From positions 90,001 to 122,000 of the forward strand of contig CAZMGY010000012.1 of the NCBI GenBank assembly GCA_964565945.1: a DNA stretch of 32,000 bases, given 5' to 3'. Origin of the DNA: an uncultured bacterium (GTDB lineage Bacteria > GCA-001730085). The notes under the pieces were generated by a model. That model had not been told where the DNA came from and ran no database searches. It saw only the letters and a list, made by a program, of their open reading frames with translations. The position numbers were made by a program, and so were the translations under genes. Shown here in pieces: positions 1 through 8,245 of this stretch. Position 1 is the stretch's first letter; each line of letters starts with the position of its first letter.

Positions 1-1157
1 CCAGAATTGATCTTCTTAATGATGAGGAAAAAAACCAAATACAAGGTCTGTTTGTGAGCCTTTTGCAGAAATACAATATTGAGAAGGAGTCTTCGGTTCA
101 GAGGATTGCGCCTCTCATTGCGCGTGGAATTGCTTATCACCACGCGGGTATGTTGCCAAGTTTAAAGGAAGTGGTGGAACATCTTTTTGCCTCTCGTTTG
201 ATAAAGATGATTTTTACCACCGAAACATTTGCGCTAGGGATTAATATGCCAGCACGTTCTGTGGTTTTTGATGAGCTTCGCAAATTTTATGGGATTCATT
301 TTGATAGCTTGCGAACGCGTGATTATTACCAAATGGCTGGTCGGGCAGGTCGACGAGGTTTGGACAGCGAAGGTTATGTGTACGCCCGCGTGAATCCTTA
401 CCGCGTACGTTTTTCGAGTGTGAAAAAGATTATTCAGGGTGACTATGAGCCTGTGATGAGTCAGTTCAATAGCTCATATGCAACCTTAATGCATCTCTAT
501 GATAAATTTGGAGAAGAACTGTATGACATTTATGTGACATCGTTTCACTGTTTTCAATCAAACAAACGCGAGCGTAAAGACGCTCGGCGTGATTTACGTG
601 AAAAGGTGTCCATGCTAAGAGACTTTGATTATATTCACGAGGAAGAATTAACCGTTAAAGGTCAGTTTGCAGCTCAGATACACGGCTATGAACTTATGTT
701 GGGCGAACTTTTTGCCAATGGCGTGCTTGAAGAGTTGGATGAAGTTTCCTTGAATGTGGTGCTCTCCTCCTTGGTCTATGAACCTCGTAAGCGAGATGTA
801 TGTCCGCCTTTAGATGAAGAGGTTAAAGCTCTACGCAAAATGATTCGTAAATACAATCGAAAGATTGTGAAACAAGAACAGAGGCGTGGTTTGAATACAT
901 CGACATGCCAAGGTTACTTTCATTTGGCTCCAGTGATGGAGGCATGGTCGCACGGGGAAAATTTTTCAGAGCTCAAAGATATTGCCGATAAAGATGAAGG
1001 AGAAATTGTGCGCAACTTTCGTATGGTGATTCAGTTGTTACGTTTGTTGAAGAATTCTTCTTTTGTGACACCTCAGTTTGTTGACAAAGCGAAAGCGTGT
1101 TTGGATTTGATTAATCGCGACGCTATTGATGCGGAGCGGCAGTTGAGGATGCAGTAA
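1..1157 (+). CDS. Ski2/HelY-like SF2 (DEAD/DEAH-box) helicase, C-terminal part; 5' end outside window
   Basis: The frame is open from base 3 (RIDLLNDEEKNQIQGLF...), so the GTG at 54 in the ORF track is probably internal. Helicase C-terminal core motifs are present (FTTETFALGINMPARSVVF; motif VI QMAGRAGRRG). A DSHCT-like tail follows (APVMEAWSHGENFSEL...EGEIVRNFRMVIQLLRLL). Stop at 1155-1157. Confidence 0.8.
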   Translation, partial: RIDLLNDEEKNQIQGLFVSLLQKYNIEKESSVQRIAPLIARGIAYHHAGMLPSLKEVVEHLFASRLIKMIFTTETFALGINMPARSVVFDELRKFYGIHFDSLRTRDYYQMAGRAGRRGLDSEGYVYARVNPYRVRFSSVKKIIQGDYEPVMSQFNSSYATLMHLYDKFGEELYDIYVTSFHCFQSNKRERKDARRDLREKVSMLRDFDYIHEEELTVKGQFAAQIHGYELMLGELFANGVLEELDEVSLNVVLSSLVYEPRKRDVCPPLDEEVKALRKMIRKYNRKIVKQEQRRGLNTSTCQGYFHLAPVMEAWSHGENFSELKDIADKDEGEIVRNFRMVIQLLRLLKNSSFVTPQFVDKAKACLDLINRDAIDAERQLRMQ

Positions 1158-1172
1158 GGGGGGTAAAATAGA

Positions 1173-2315
1173 ATGACAAAGTGGGTTTTTGCCATTACGG
1201 CCGTACTTAGTTTTCTAACGGCAGAAATGCATGCTTCTTATCCTAAGGTGATTAAAGTTCTTATTGAAGAAGCTCCTATGTTAAAGATTGCAGCTACGGG
1301 TTCTTTTGATTTGTTTGCCAAGGACAGCGATCAAGCTTATGTAGAAGGTTTTTATTTGCCCCAAACTGATGTGTATAAAGCTGAAAAGAATTGGCTGTTT
1401 GTGAAAGGGTTTTCTAAAGGTTTTTGGGGAGGTATTCGCATCGAGGCTCAAGAAGAGTCGTCAATTGTGATCAATGGTGTTCGTTATCGTGGACGTTTGG
1501 ATATTCAACTAGACCCTAAGACAGGTATGTTGCAAGCTTTTAATTATATTCCTATAGATGATTATTTGCGTGGAGTTGTCGGACGAGAAGTGGCGTATTA
1601 TTGGCCTCAAGAAGTTCTTAAGGCACAAGCTATTATTGCACGCTCTTACACTTATGATCGGATTCAAAAACAAACTTATGAGGGATATGATTTGAAAGCC
1701 ACTGCGGAGTCACAGATGTATGGGGGTGTTTCTGCTGAGATGCCTCAGGTGGATTTGGCAGTCAAGGCAACCAAAGGAAAGTTGTTGTTGCATGAGGGCA
1801 AGATTTTTCCTACGTTTTATCATTCAACCTGTTCAGGTCATACCGAGGCCTCTCATGATATATGGGATTTTAAAGTAGCTCCCCTTAAAGGGAAAGTGTG
1901 TTCGTACTGTGATATTTCTCCGCACAATAAATGGACGAAAACACTGTCTCGCGAGACTATCCAAGAAGCTTTACTGACTTTTTCTGGAGGGCAAGATACT
2001 CGTGTAAAGTCGGTTAAAGTCCTCACTCGCTCTAATTCGGGGCGTGTGCGCTGGATGAAAGTGAGTTATGCTAATGGCAAAAAAGTGAGTTTATCAGGTA
2101 ATACGTTTCGTCTTAAAGTGGGGCCTTCGCGTTTGAAAAGCACCCGTTTTCAGGTTTATAAAAAAGGAAAGAATTTTGTTTTTGAAGGTTCTGGCTGGGG
2201 GCATGGTGTTGGCTTATGTCAGTGGGGAGCACGTGGGATGGCGCAATTTAAAAAAACCTCGGCTGACAAAATATTGAGTTATTACTACCCTGGAGCGAGG
2301 GTTGTTACTGGGTAG
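1173..2315 (+). CDS. SpoIID/LytB-domain protein (peptidoglycan-remodelling, secreted)
   Basis: N-terminal signal-like segment (MTKWVFAITAVLSFLTAEMHA). SpoIID-family motifs YLRGVVGREV, AQAIIARSY, FYHSTCSGHTE and GHGVGLCQWGA. G-rich SD (AAGGGGGGT) lies 8-16 nt upstream. Confidence 0.85.
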   Translation: MTKWVFAITAVLSFLTAEMHASYPKVIKVLIEEAPMLKIAATGSFDLFAKDSDQAYVEGFYLPQTDVYKAEKNWLFVKGFSKGFWGGIRIEAQEESSIVINGVRYRGRLDIQLDPKTGMLQAFNYIPIDDYLRGVVGREVAYYWPQEVLKAQAIIARSYTYDRIQKQTYEGYDLKATAESQMYGGVSAEMPQVDLAVKATKGKLLLHEGKIFPTFYHSTCSGHTEASHDIWDFKVAPLKGKVCSYCDISPHNKWTKTLSRETIQEALLTFSGGQDTRVKSVKVLTRSNSGRVRWMKVSYANGKKVSLSGNTFRLKVGPSRLKSTRFQVYKKGKNFVFEGSGWGHGVGLCQWGARGMAQFKKTSADKILSYYYPGARVVTG

Positions 2316-2387
2316 TGTCATACCTGCCATTCTCGCGACTTGCCATGTGTCCTACGCGGTACCTCTGGAAACGGGAAGCTATCAAAT

Positions 2388-3413
2388 ATGACTTACAACA
2401 TTGACGATTACAACTTTAAATTGCCCGAAGAGCTGATTGCTCAATATCCTGCCGAGCAGCGAGATCAATCACGCCTTTTGATTTATCATTCCAAGCAGTC
2501 CTTGATTGAGCATGGAACTTTTGCCAACATTGGTGACTATCTTCGTGCAGGTGATGTTTTGGTTATGAACAACACTAAAGTCATTCCTGCGAGGATTCGT
2601 GCCAAGCGTGAGACTGGTGGAAAGATCGAAATTTTTTTAGTACGCCCCTATAGCGATCACGAATGGTTGTGCATGGTGAAGCCTTCTAAGAAAATGACCC
2701 AGGGTGTTTCATTGTCTTTGTCGGAGAGTCTTGACTGTCGAGTTCTTGAAGAGCTTGAACATGGTTATCGCAAGATTGGGTTTGAAGGTCCTCGTGTGGT
2801 GAACGATTTGAAAGCCTTAGGAGACATCCCTTTGCCACCTTACATTAAACGTGACCCCAACGCGGATGATGAAGAGCGCTACCAAACGGTGTTTGCTACT
2901 CAAGATGGAGCGGTGGCTGCTCCAACGGCAGGGCTCCATTTTACCGAAGAATTGCTCGAATTTTTATATGCTAAAGGTGTGCAAACTGTTTTTGTGACTT
3001 TACATGTTGGACCAGGCACCTTTAAGCCAGTGGTGGTGGAGGATATTCGCGATCATCATGTTGATCAAGAATACTTTGAGATTTCCGAGGGAACCATTGA
3101 GATTCTAAAAAAAGCCAAGCAAGAGGGGCGACGCATTATCAGTGTCGGAACGACAACAACACGTGTTTTGGAGTCTCTTAAAGATCCTTGGACTGCGGGC
3201 GTAGGCTGGACGGACTTGTACATTTACTCTCCATATCGACCCAAGGTTATCGACGGTCTGATTACTAATTTTCACCTGCCAAAGAGCAGTCTTTTGCTCC
3301 TAGTAGCCGCGTTTATCGGCCATGATGATTTGATGTTGCTATACAGACAAGCGGTTGCGCATAAATATCGCTTTTACAGCTATGGCGATGCATCTCTTCT
3401 ATTGCGTTCTTAA
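2388..3413 (+). CDS. queA: S-adenosylmethionine:tRNA ribosyltransferase-isomerase
   Basis: Full-length QueA-like sequence starting MTYNIDDYNFKLPEELIAQYP. Other matches: RDQSRLL, VMNNTKVIPARI, GAVAAPTAGLHFT, ISVGTTTTRVLES, HLPKSSLLLLV. The ATG at 2388 matches the family N-terminus. The TTG at 2340 in the ORF track adds 16 unrelated residues. Confidence 0.9.
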   Translation: MTYNIDDYNFKLPEELIAQYPAEQRDQSRLLIYHSKQSLIEHGTFANIGDYLRAGDVLVMNNTKVIPARIRAKRETGGKIEIFLVRPYSDHEWLCMVKPSKKMTQGVSLSLSESLDCRVLEELEHGYRKIGFEGPRVVNDLKALGDIPLPPYIKRDPNADDEERYQTVFATQDGAVAAPTAGLHFTEELLEFLYAKGVQTVFVTLHVGPGTFKPVVVEDIRDHHVDQEYFEISEGTIEILKKAKQEGRRIISVGTTTTRVLESLKDPWTAGVGWTDLYIYSPYRPKVIDGLITNFHLPKSSLLLLVAAFIGHDDLMLLYRQAVAHKYRFYSYGDASLLLRS

Positions 3414-3491
3414 CAGTCAATCAACATGGAAAATCTCATTTGCATTTCATCCTATATATGTGTTAAGTTTGTGATGATTTAGGGGAAAGTT

Positions 3492-4394
3492 ATGTGTGCA
3501 CATGAGTTCAAAACACAAATAGGTGGTGTAAATCCTGTCCCTCTCAAAGAAGGGGGTGGAGATCCTTGCTTGGTGGTTGTTTCTGGGCCGAACTTGGGGG
3601 AGGTTTTTCCTTTATCGCAATCTCCTGTCGAAATAGGCCGTAATGAAGACGCTGACATTATTTGCGATGATCCGCTTATTTCGCGCAAACATGCGCAAAT
3701 TATCAAAAATCTAGAAGCTCAGTGGAGGCTGATCGATATGCATAGCACCAACGGGACCTATTTGAATTTTCAAAGAGTTGAGAGTTTGCCTTTGCACAGT
3801 GGTGACAAAATCAGCATTGGCAAAACCATTTTTAAATTTTTAGATCGCGATAGCATCGAAACAACTTTTCATGACGAACTATACACTTTATCGACGATGG
3901 ATGGACTAACGCAAATTTATCGTAGATCTCGTTTCGAAGAGTTGTTAGAAAAAGCCATGCAAGGGGCACGCAATGGATATGGTCAGTTGGCCCTCTGCAT
4001 GATAGATATTGATCATTTTAAAAAAATTAACGATACTTATGGGCATCAAGCAGGTGACTATGTTTTACGAAGGATCACCTCGGTGATTAAACAGGTGATT
4101 AGACGCGAGGACATTTTTGCACGTTATGGTGGAGAGGAGTTTTGTTTGCTTCTCGTTAATAAAACCCTGCAAGAAGGGGTTTTAGTGGCCCAAAAAGTCC
4201 GTCAGACGGTTGAAAACCATGTGTTTGAGTTTGAGGGAGAAACGATTACTGTGACTGTCAGCATTGGTGTATTTTCCTTTGAGTCTCAGCTGGAATCCAC
4301 AGAAAAGTTTTTGGCACGAGCCGATGAAAAACTCTATCAGGCAAAACATGAAGGGCGTAATTGCGTTTGCTATGAAGAAGAACTGGAATCATGA
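3492..4394 (+). CDS. FHA-domain / GGDEF-domain diguanylate cyclase
   Basis: N-terminal FHA signature (IGRNEDADIICDDPLISRKHAQI...STNGTYLN...GDKISIG). C-terminal GGDEF domain (DIDHFKKINDTYGHQAGD, RYGGEEF at 4122-4142). I-site RRED at 4101-4112, five residues before GGEEF. SD AGGGGA precedes the ATG. Confidence 0.85.
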   Translation: MCAHEFKTQIGGVNPVPLKEGGGDPCLVVVSGPNLGEVFPLSQSPVEIGRNEDADIICDDPLISRKHAQIIKNLEAQWRLIDMHSTNGTYLNFQRVESLPLHSGDKISIGKTIFKFLDRDSIETTFHDELYTLSTMDGLTQIYRRSRFEELLEKAMQGARNGYGQLALCMIDIDHFKKINDTYGHQAGDYVLRRITSVIKQVIRREDIFARYGGEEFCLLLVNKTLQEGVLVAQKVRQTVENHVFEFEGETITVTVSIGVFSFESQLESTEKFLARADEKLYQAKHEGRNCVCYEEELES

Positions 4395-4548
4395 AAAAAT
4401 GTCGGATATTGGGTTTTAGGACTTAGGACTTAGGGTATCGGGTTGTGTGGGATCTGCCATGAATCGTGTCGAAGAATTGCCTCAAGAATCATAACGGGGC
4501 TCGTGTTTTTTACCTAGGGCCAGGGTAGTGAAGATGCGATTACCGTAG

Positions 4549-4932
4549 GTGGGGGCAAGGGCTTTATTGCGATTGAGATATTATAAATACACTTCATCTT
4601 GGATTATTATTATTTCATTTCTTTGTGTGAGTGTCTTGTGGCGGGTTAAGCTGCTGTATGATAGGCCCCAGATTGCTCCTATGAAGAATCATGATTACAA
4701 AACGTGGAAGCACTTGAACACTTATCGTAACAAAACATATCCATTGAACAACGTCACAGAAGATGAATTGTTAGCTATTCCAGGAGTTGGTCCTGTTTTG
4801 GTGCATCATATACTTGCTTATAGGGAGCAACAAAGGTTTGCATCGAAAAAAGACCTTTTGAAAGTTAAGGGCATTGGTCCGAAAATATTTGAAAAACTTG
4901 CTCCTTATTTTGATGATTTTGTTAAAAGTTGA
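4549..4932 (+). CDS. comEA: ComEA-like helix-hairpin-helix DNA-binding protein (membrane-anchored); start codon uncertain
   Basis: Hydrophobic N-terminal segment (SWIIIISFLCVSVLW). Tandem HhH motifs follow (ELLAIPGVGPVLVHHILAYREQQ-RFASKKDLLKVKGIGPKIFEKLAPYF). The start could be the GTG at 4549 or the nearby TTGs at 4567 or 4573. Confidence 0.7.
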   Translation: MGARALLRLRYYKYTSSWIIIISFLCVSVLWRVKLLYDRPQIAPMKNHDYKTWKHLNTYRNKTYPLNNVTEDELLAIPGVGPVLVHHILAYREQQRFASKKDLLKVKGIGPKIFEKLAPYFDDFVKS

Positions 4933-4941
4933 AAATACAGT

Positions 4942-4970
4942 TTGCAGACCTCCTATAGATTTGCTAGAAT
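4942..4970 (+). promoter_or_regulatory. Predicted sigma70-type promoter for rpsO-pnp
   Basis: TTGCAG (4942-4947), 17-nt spacer, TAGAAT (4965-4970), about 115 nt upstream of rpsO. Pattern match only. Confidence 0.4.
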
Positions 4971-5083
4971 ACTAAGGTTCTTGGAGATGTTGAAAATAAA
5001 TAGTCCTACAAATATGGATTGAGGGTTCTGTTTTTTAGGTTTAAATTTTATTTAGAGATGCATAAGTTAGTAAGGAGAAGCTA

Positions 5084-5347
5084 ATGTTGACAATGAGCAA
5101 AAGCGAAATTGTAAAAAAATTTGCCCGAAAAGAGGGAGATACGGGATCTCCAGAAGTTCAAATTGCATTGCTTACAGAAAGAATCAATCATTTGACAGGT
5201 CATTTTAAGTTACATCTTAAGGATCATCATTCACGCAGGGGACTCCTATTACTAGTGGGGCAACGTCGTCGACTTTTGGAACATTTGAAAAAGGTTGATG
5301 TTGAGAGATATTCAGACCTTATTGGCCGATTAGGAATTAGAAAATAA
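5084..5347 (+). CDS. rpsO: 30S ribosomal protein S15
   Basis: Typical S15 sequence ([53 protein letters not shown]). SD AAGGAG upstream. The start may instead be the second ATG at 5093. Confidence 0.95.
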   Translation: MLTMSKSEIVKKFARKEGDTGSPEVQIALLTERINHLTGHFKLHLKDHHSRRGLLLLVGQRRRLLEHLKKVDVERYSDLIGRLGIRK

Positions 5348-5365
5348 ACGAAAGGGGTTTCGTCT

Positions 5366-7450
5366 ATGGAAACCATTAAATTTAATCTTGGTGGTAAAGA
5401 AGTTTCAATAGAAACGGGACGGATTGCAAAACAGGCCAACGGTGCTGTGCTTGTCTGTTCTGGAGAAACGGTTGTGATGGTGACGGCGTGTGCCACGGAT
5501 GAAGCTAAAGAAGGAGCTAGGTTTTTTCCTCTAACTGTTGATTATCGTGAAAAAACTTATGCTGCTGGGCGTATTCCTGGTGGTTTTTTCAAAAGAGAAG
5601 CTCGGCCAACGGAAAAGGAAATTTTGGTCATGCGTCTGACGGATCGACCGTTGCGCCCCATGTTTCCCGAGCACTATTTGAATGAAGTTCAGATTATGTC
5701 TCAGGTGTTATCCTATGATGGCAGTGAGACTCCTGATATTTTATCAATCATTGGTGCTTCAGCGGCTTTGACTATTTCGGATATTCCTTTGCAAGAAAGC
5801 ATTGGAGCCGTGCGTGTTGGTTATGTTGACGGTCAGTATGTAATCAATCCGACAATGGAACAAGTCAAAAAAAGTGAGCTTGATCTGGTTATGGCTGGAA
5901 CTGCGGATGCTATCACGATGGTCGAAGGTGGATCCAATGAGCTAACGGAAGATCAAATCCTTGAAGGTTTAAGGCTTGGACACGAAGCGATTAAACCGAT
6001 TGTGGAAGCTCAAAATGAATTGGCATCGCGTTGTGGCAACCCTAAACGCGTGGTCGCTTCTCCTATGTGGGACGATGCCATCTATGAACAAGTCAAAAAT
6101 CTTTTTGTTCCTAAAGTGGATGAAGCCTTTGAAATTTTTACCAAAAAAGGGCGTGATGAAGTTATTTTCGAAGGTAAGCAAGCCGTTAAAGATAATTTGA
6201 TTGCCGAAGATGATAAGTCAGATAAAATTGCTATGCTTGGTGAGATGTTTTACAAAATTGAGAAAACCCGTACGCGTGAACTAATGTTCGAAAAGCAACG
6301 TCGTGCCGATGGACGTATGTTTGATGAAATCAGACCAATTGCCACCGAGATCTCGGTGTTGCCTCGTACACATGGTTCGGCTTTGTTCACACGTGGTGAG
6401 ACCCAGGCTCTCGTAACGGTCACTTTAGGTTCTGTGACCGATGAGCAAATGATTGATGGTTTGGATGGATTAACCAAAGAGAAGTTTTTGTTGCATTACA
6501 ATTTTCCTCCTTTTTCGGTGGGTGAGTGTAAGCCTATTCGCTCGATCAGCCGTCGTGAGATTGGTCATGGTTACTTAGCCAAACGTGCTCTAGAATTTGT
6601 GAACGCCGATCACCAAGATTTTCCTTACACCATTCGTATTGTTTCGGAGATCACTGAATCGAATGGCTCTTCTTCGATGGCGTCTGTTTGCGGTGGTTCA
6701 ATGGCCCTTATGGATGCGGGGGTACCTGTTAAAAGTATGGTCAGTGGTATTGCGATGGGACTGATCAAAAACGATCTAGGTGTGATTGTTCTTTCAGATA
6801 TTCTTGGATCGGAGGATCACTTGGGTGACATGGATTTTAAAGTTGCAGGAACCTCTAAAGGAATCACTGCTTTTCAAATGGATATTAAAGTCAAAGGTAT
6901 CAGTTTCGATATTATGCGCACTGCTCTCGAGCAAGCTAATGTGGGACGGAGTCATATTCTTAACAAAATGCAAGAGACAATCCAGGCTCCGAGCCAACAA
7001 TTATCTAAGTATGCTCCTAAAATTGTTAGCTTGATGATTCCTGTTGATAAAATCAGAGATGTGATTGGTCCAGGAGGCAAGGTGATTAAGGGCATTATTG
7101 AACGCACAGGTGTTGCGATGAACGTCGCAGATGACGGCTCTGTTGTGATTGCGAGTTCGGATGAAGCTGCTCTTGATGAAGCTAGTCAATTTGTCCAAAA
7201 GTTGGTTGAAATTCCCAAAATTGGTAAAACTTATGAATCGAAAGTGGTTAAAATTATGGATTTTGGTGCTTTTGTTGAGTTTTTGCCTGGCAAAGAAGGT
7301 TTAGTCCATATCTCTCAAATTGCTAACAAACGTATTGAGCGTGTCGAAGATGTTCTTTCAGAAGGGGATATCGTCCAAGCTAAGTTGATTGATATTGACA
7401 AGATGGGACGCAAATCGCTGAGCATTAAAGTTGCTTTAGAAGACAAATAA
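5366..7450 (+). CDS. pnp: Polyribonucleotide nucleotidyltransferase (PNPase)
   Basis: 694 aa with two RNase PH-like domains (FFPLTVDYREKTYAAGRIPGGFFKREARP; RTHGSALFTRGETQAL; ESNGSSSMASVCGGSMALMDAGVP; LGDMDFKVAGT). C-terminal KH (IRDVIGPGGKVIKGI) and S1 (GAFVEFLPGKEGLVHISQI) domains. Sits immediately after rpsO, the classic arrangement. Confidence 0.95.
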   Translation: METIKFNLGGKEVSIETGRIAKQANGAVLVCSGETVVMVTACATDEAKEGARFFPLTVDYREKTYAAGRIPGGFFKREARPTEKEILVMRLTDRPLRPMFPEHYLNEVQIMSQVLSYDGSETPDILSIIGASAALTISDIPLQESIGAVRVGYVDGQYVINPTMEQVKKSELDLVMAGTADAITMVEGGSNELTEDQILEGLRLGHEAIKPIVEAQNELASRCGNPKRVVASPMWDDAIYEQVKNLFVPKVDEAFEIFTKKGRDEVIFEGKQAVKDNLIAEDDKSDKIAMLGEMFYKIEKTRTRELMFEKQRRADGRMFDEIRPIATEISVLPRTHGSALFTRGETQALVTVTLGSVTDEQMIDGLDGLTKEKFLLHYNFPPFSVGECKPIRSISRREIGHGYLAKRALEFVNADHQDFPYTIRIVSEITESNGSSSMASVCGGSMALMDAGVPVKSMVSGIAMGLIKNDLGVIVLSDILGSEDHLGDMDFKVAGTSKGITAFQMDIKVKGISFDIMRTALEQANVGRSHILNKMQETIQAPSQQLSKYAPKIVSLMIPVDKIRDVIGPGGKVIKGIIERTGVAMNVADDGSVVIASSDEAALDEASQFVQKLVEIPKIGKTYESKVVKIMDFGAFVEFLPGKEGLVHISQIANKRIERVEDVLSEGDIVQAKLIDIDKMGRKSLSIKVALEDK

Positions 7451-7458
7451 GTTTTTCT

Positions 7459-8217
7459 ATGTCCTATCTACAGGCATTAATTTCGGGTTGTTTGCAAGGC
7501 ATAGCTGAGTTTTTACCTGTCAGTAGTTCGGGTCATTTGATCTTATTACAAAACTATTGGTCTTTAGCAAGTAATCAAGATCACGTTCTGTTTGATCTTT
7601 TACTACATCTGGGAACCTTGTGTCCTATTGTGTGTGTGTTTCGCGTTCAACTTCTTCAAGAACTCCGATCTTTGCAATTGCCCCGAATGGTTTTGTGCAG
7701 TATGGTGCCCACAATTTTGATTGCTCTTGTTCTCACGCAGTTTCGGGTTTTGTTTACTCAGTCCTGGATGGTGGGTTTGATGCTATGTCTGAATGCATCT
7801 ATTTTGTGGTTGGGGCATCGCTTGAGTCTTAAAAATCATGAAGAGTCTTTTTCTCTCACAAAGGCACTGCTGATTGGGGTGGCTCAAGGTTTTGCGGTTA
7901 TTCCTGGATTGTCTCGTTCGGGGATGACGATTTGCATGGCTTTGGGTCTTAAAATGAAACTCCAGCAAACCTTTTTCTATTCGTTTGCTTTGGCGATTCC
8001 TACGATTATCTTAGCGTTTAGTTATGAGCTTTTGAAGCACCACGCGACTTTAAGCATGATGGATTATCGTGTTCTGTTGCTTGGCTTTATTTCGTCTGCC
8101 TTGGTGGGGTGGGCAAGTTTGGAAGTTTTTAGGCGGCTATTTACCGCTAAACACTTAGATTTTTTTGCGATATACTGTATAGTAATGGGGCTAATAACTT
8201 TGGTGCGCTCCTCCTAG
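7459..8217 (+). CDS. uppP: Undecaprenyl-diphosphate phosphatase (BacA/UppP)
   Basis: N-terminal LQGIAEFLPVSSSGHL motif and the second conserved motif PGLSRSGMTI. Polytopic hydrophobic profile, 252 aa. Confidence 0.9.
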   Translation: MSYLQALISGCLQGIAEFLPVSSSGHLILLQNYWSLASNQDHVLFDLLLHLGTLCPIVCVFRVQLLQELRSLQLPRMVLCSMVPTILIALVLTQFRVLFTQSWMVGLMLCLNASILWLGHRLSLKNHEESFSLTKALLIGVAQGFAVIPGLSRSGMTICMALGLKMKLQQTFFYSFALAIPTIILAFSYELLKHHATLSMMDYRVLLLGFISSALVGWASLEVFRRLFTAKHLDFFAIYCIVMGLITLVRSS

Positions 8218-8245
8218 CCTAAGGTTCTATGTTAAGTAAAGGGTT

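Noticed and set aside
2340-2387. Upstream TTG start for queA from the ORF track
   Set aside because: The family N-terminus begins at MTYNIDDYNF (ATG at 2388). The extension adds 16 residues that do not resemble QueA.
3479-3706. 75-aa - strand ORF overlapping the FHA-GGDEF start
   Set aside because: It is antisense to a motif-rich CDS. The product is Pro/Ser/Thr-rich nonsense with no RBS.
5969-7198. Cluster of 65-82 aa ORFs on both strands inside pnp (5969-6181 -, 5976-6200 +, 6250-6477 -, 6786-7034 +, 6794-7000 -, 7001-7198 -)
   Set aside because: All lie wholly within the well-supported PNPase frame. Their translations are low-complexity with no motifs and no SD sequences. They are typical shadow ORFs.
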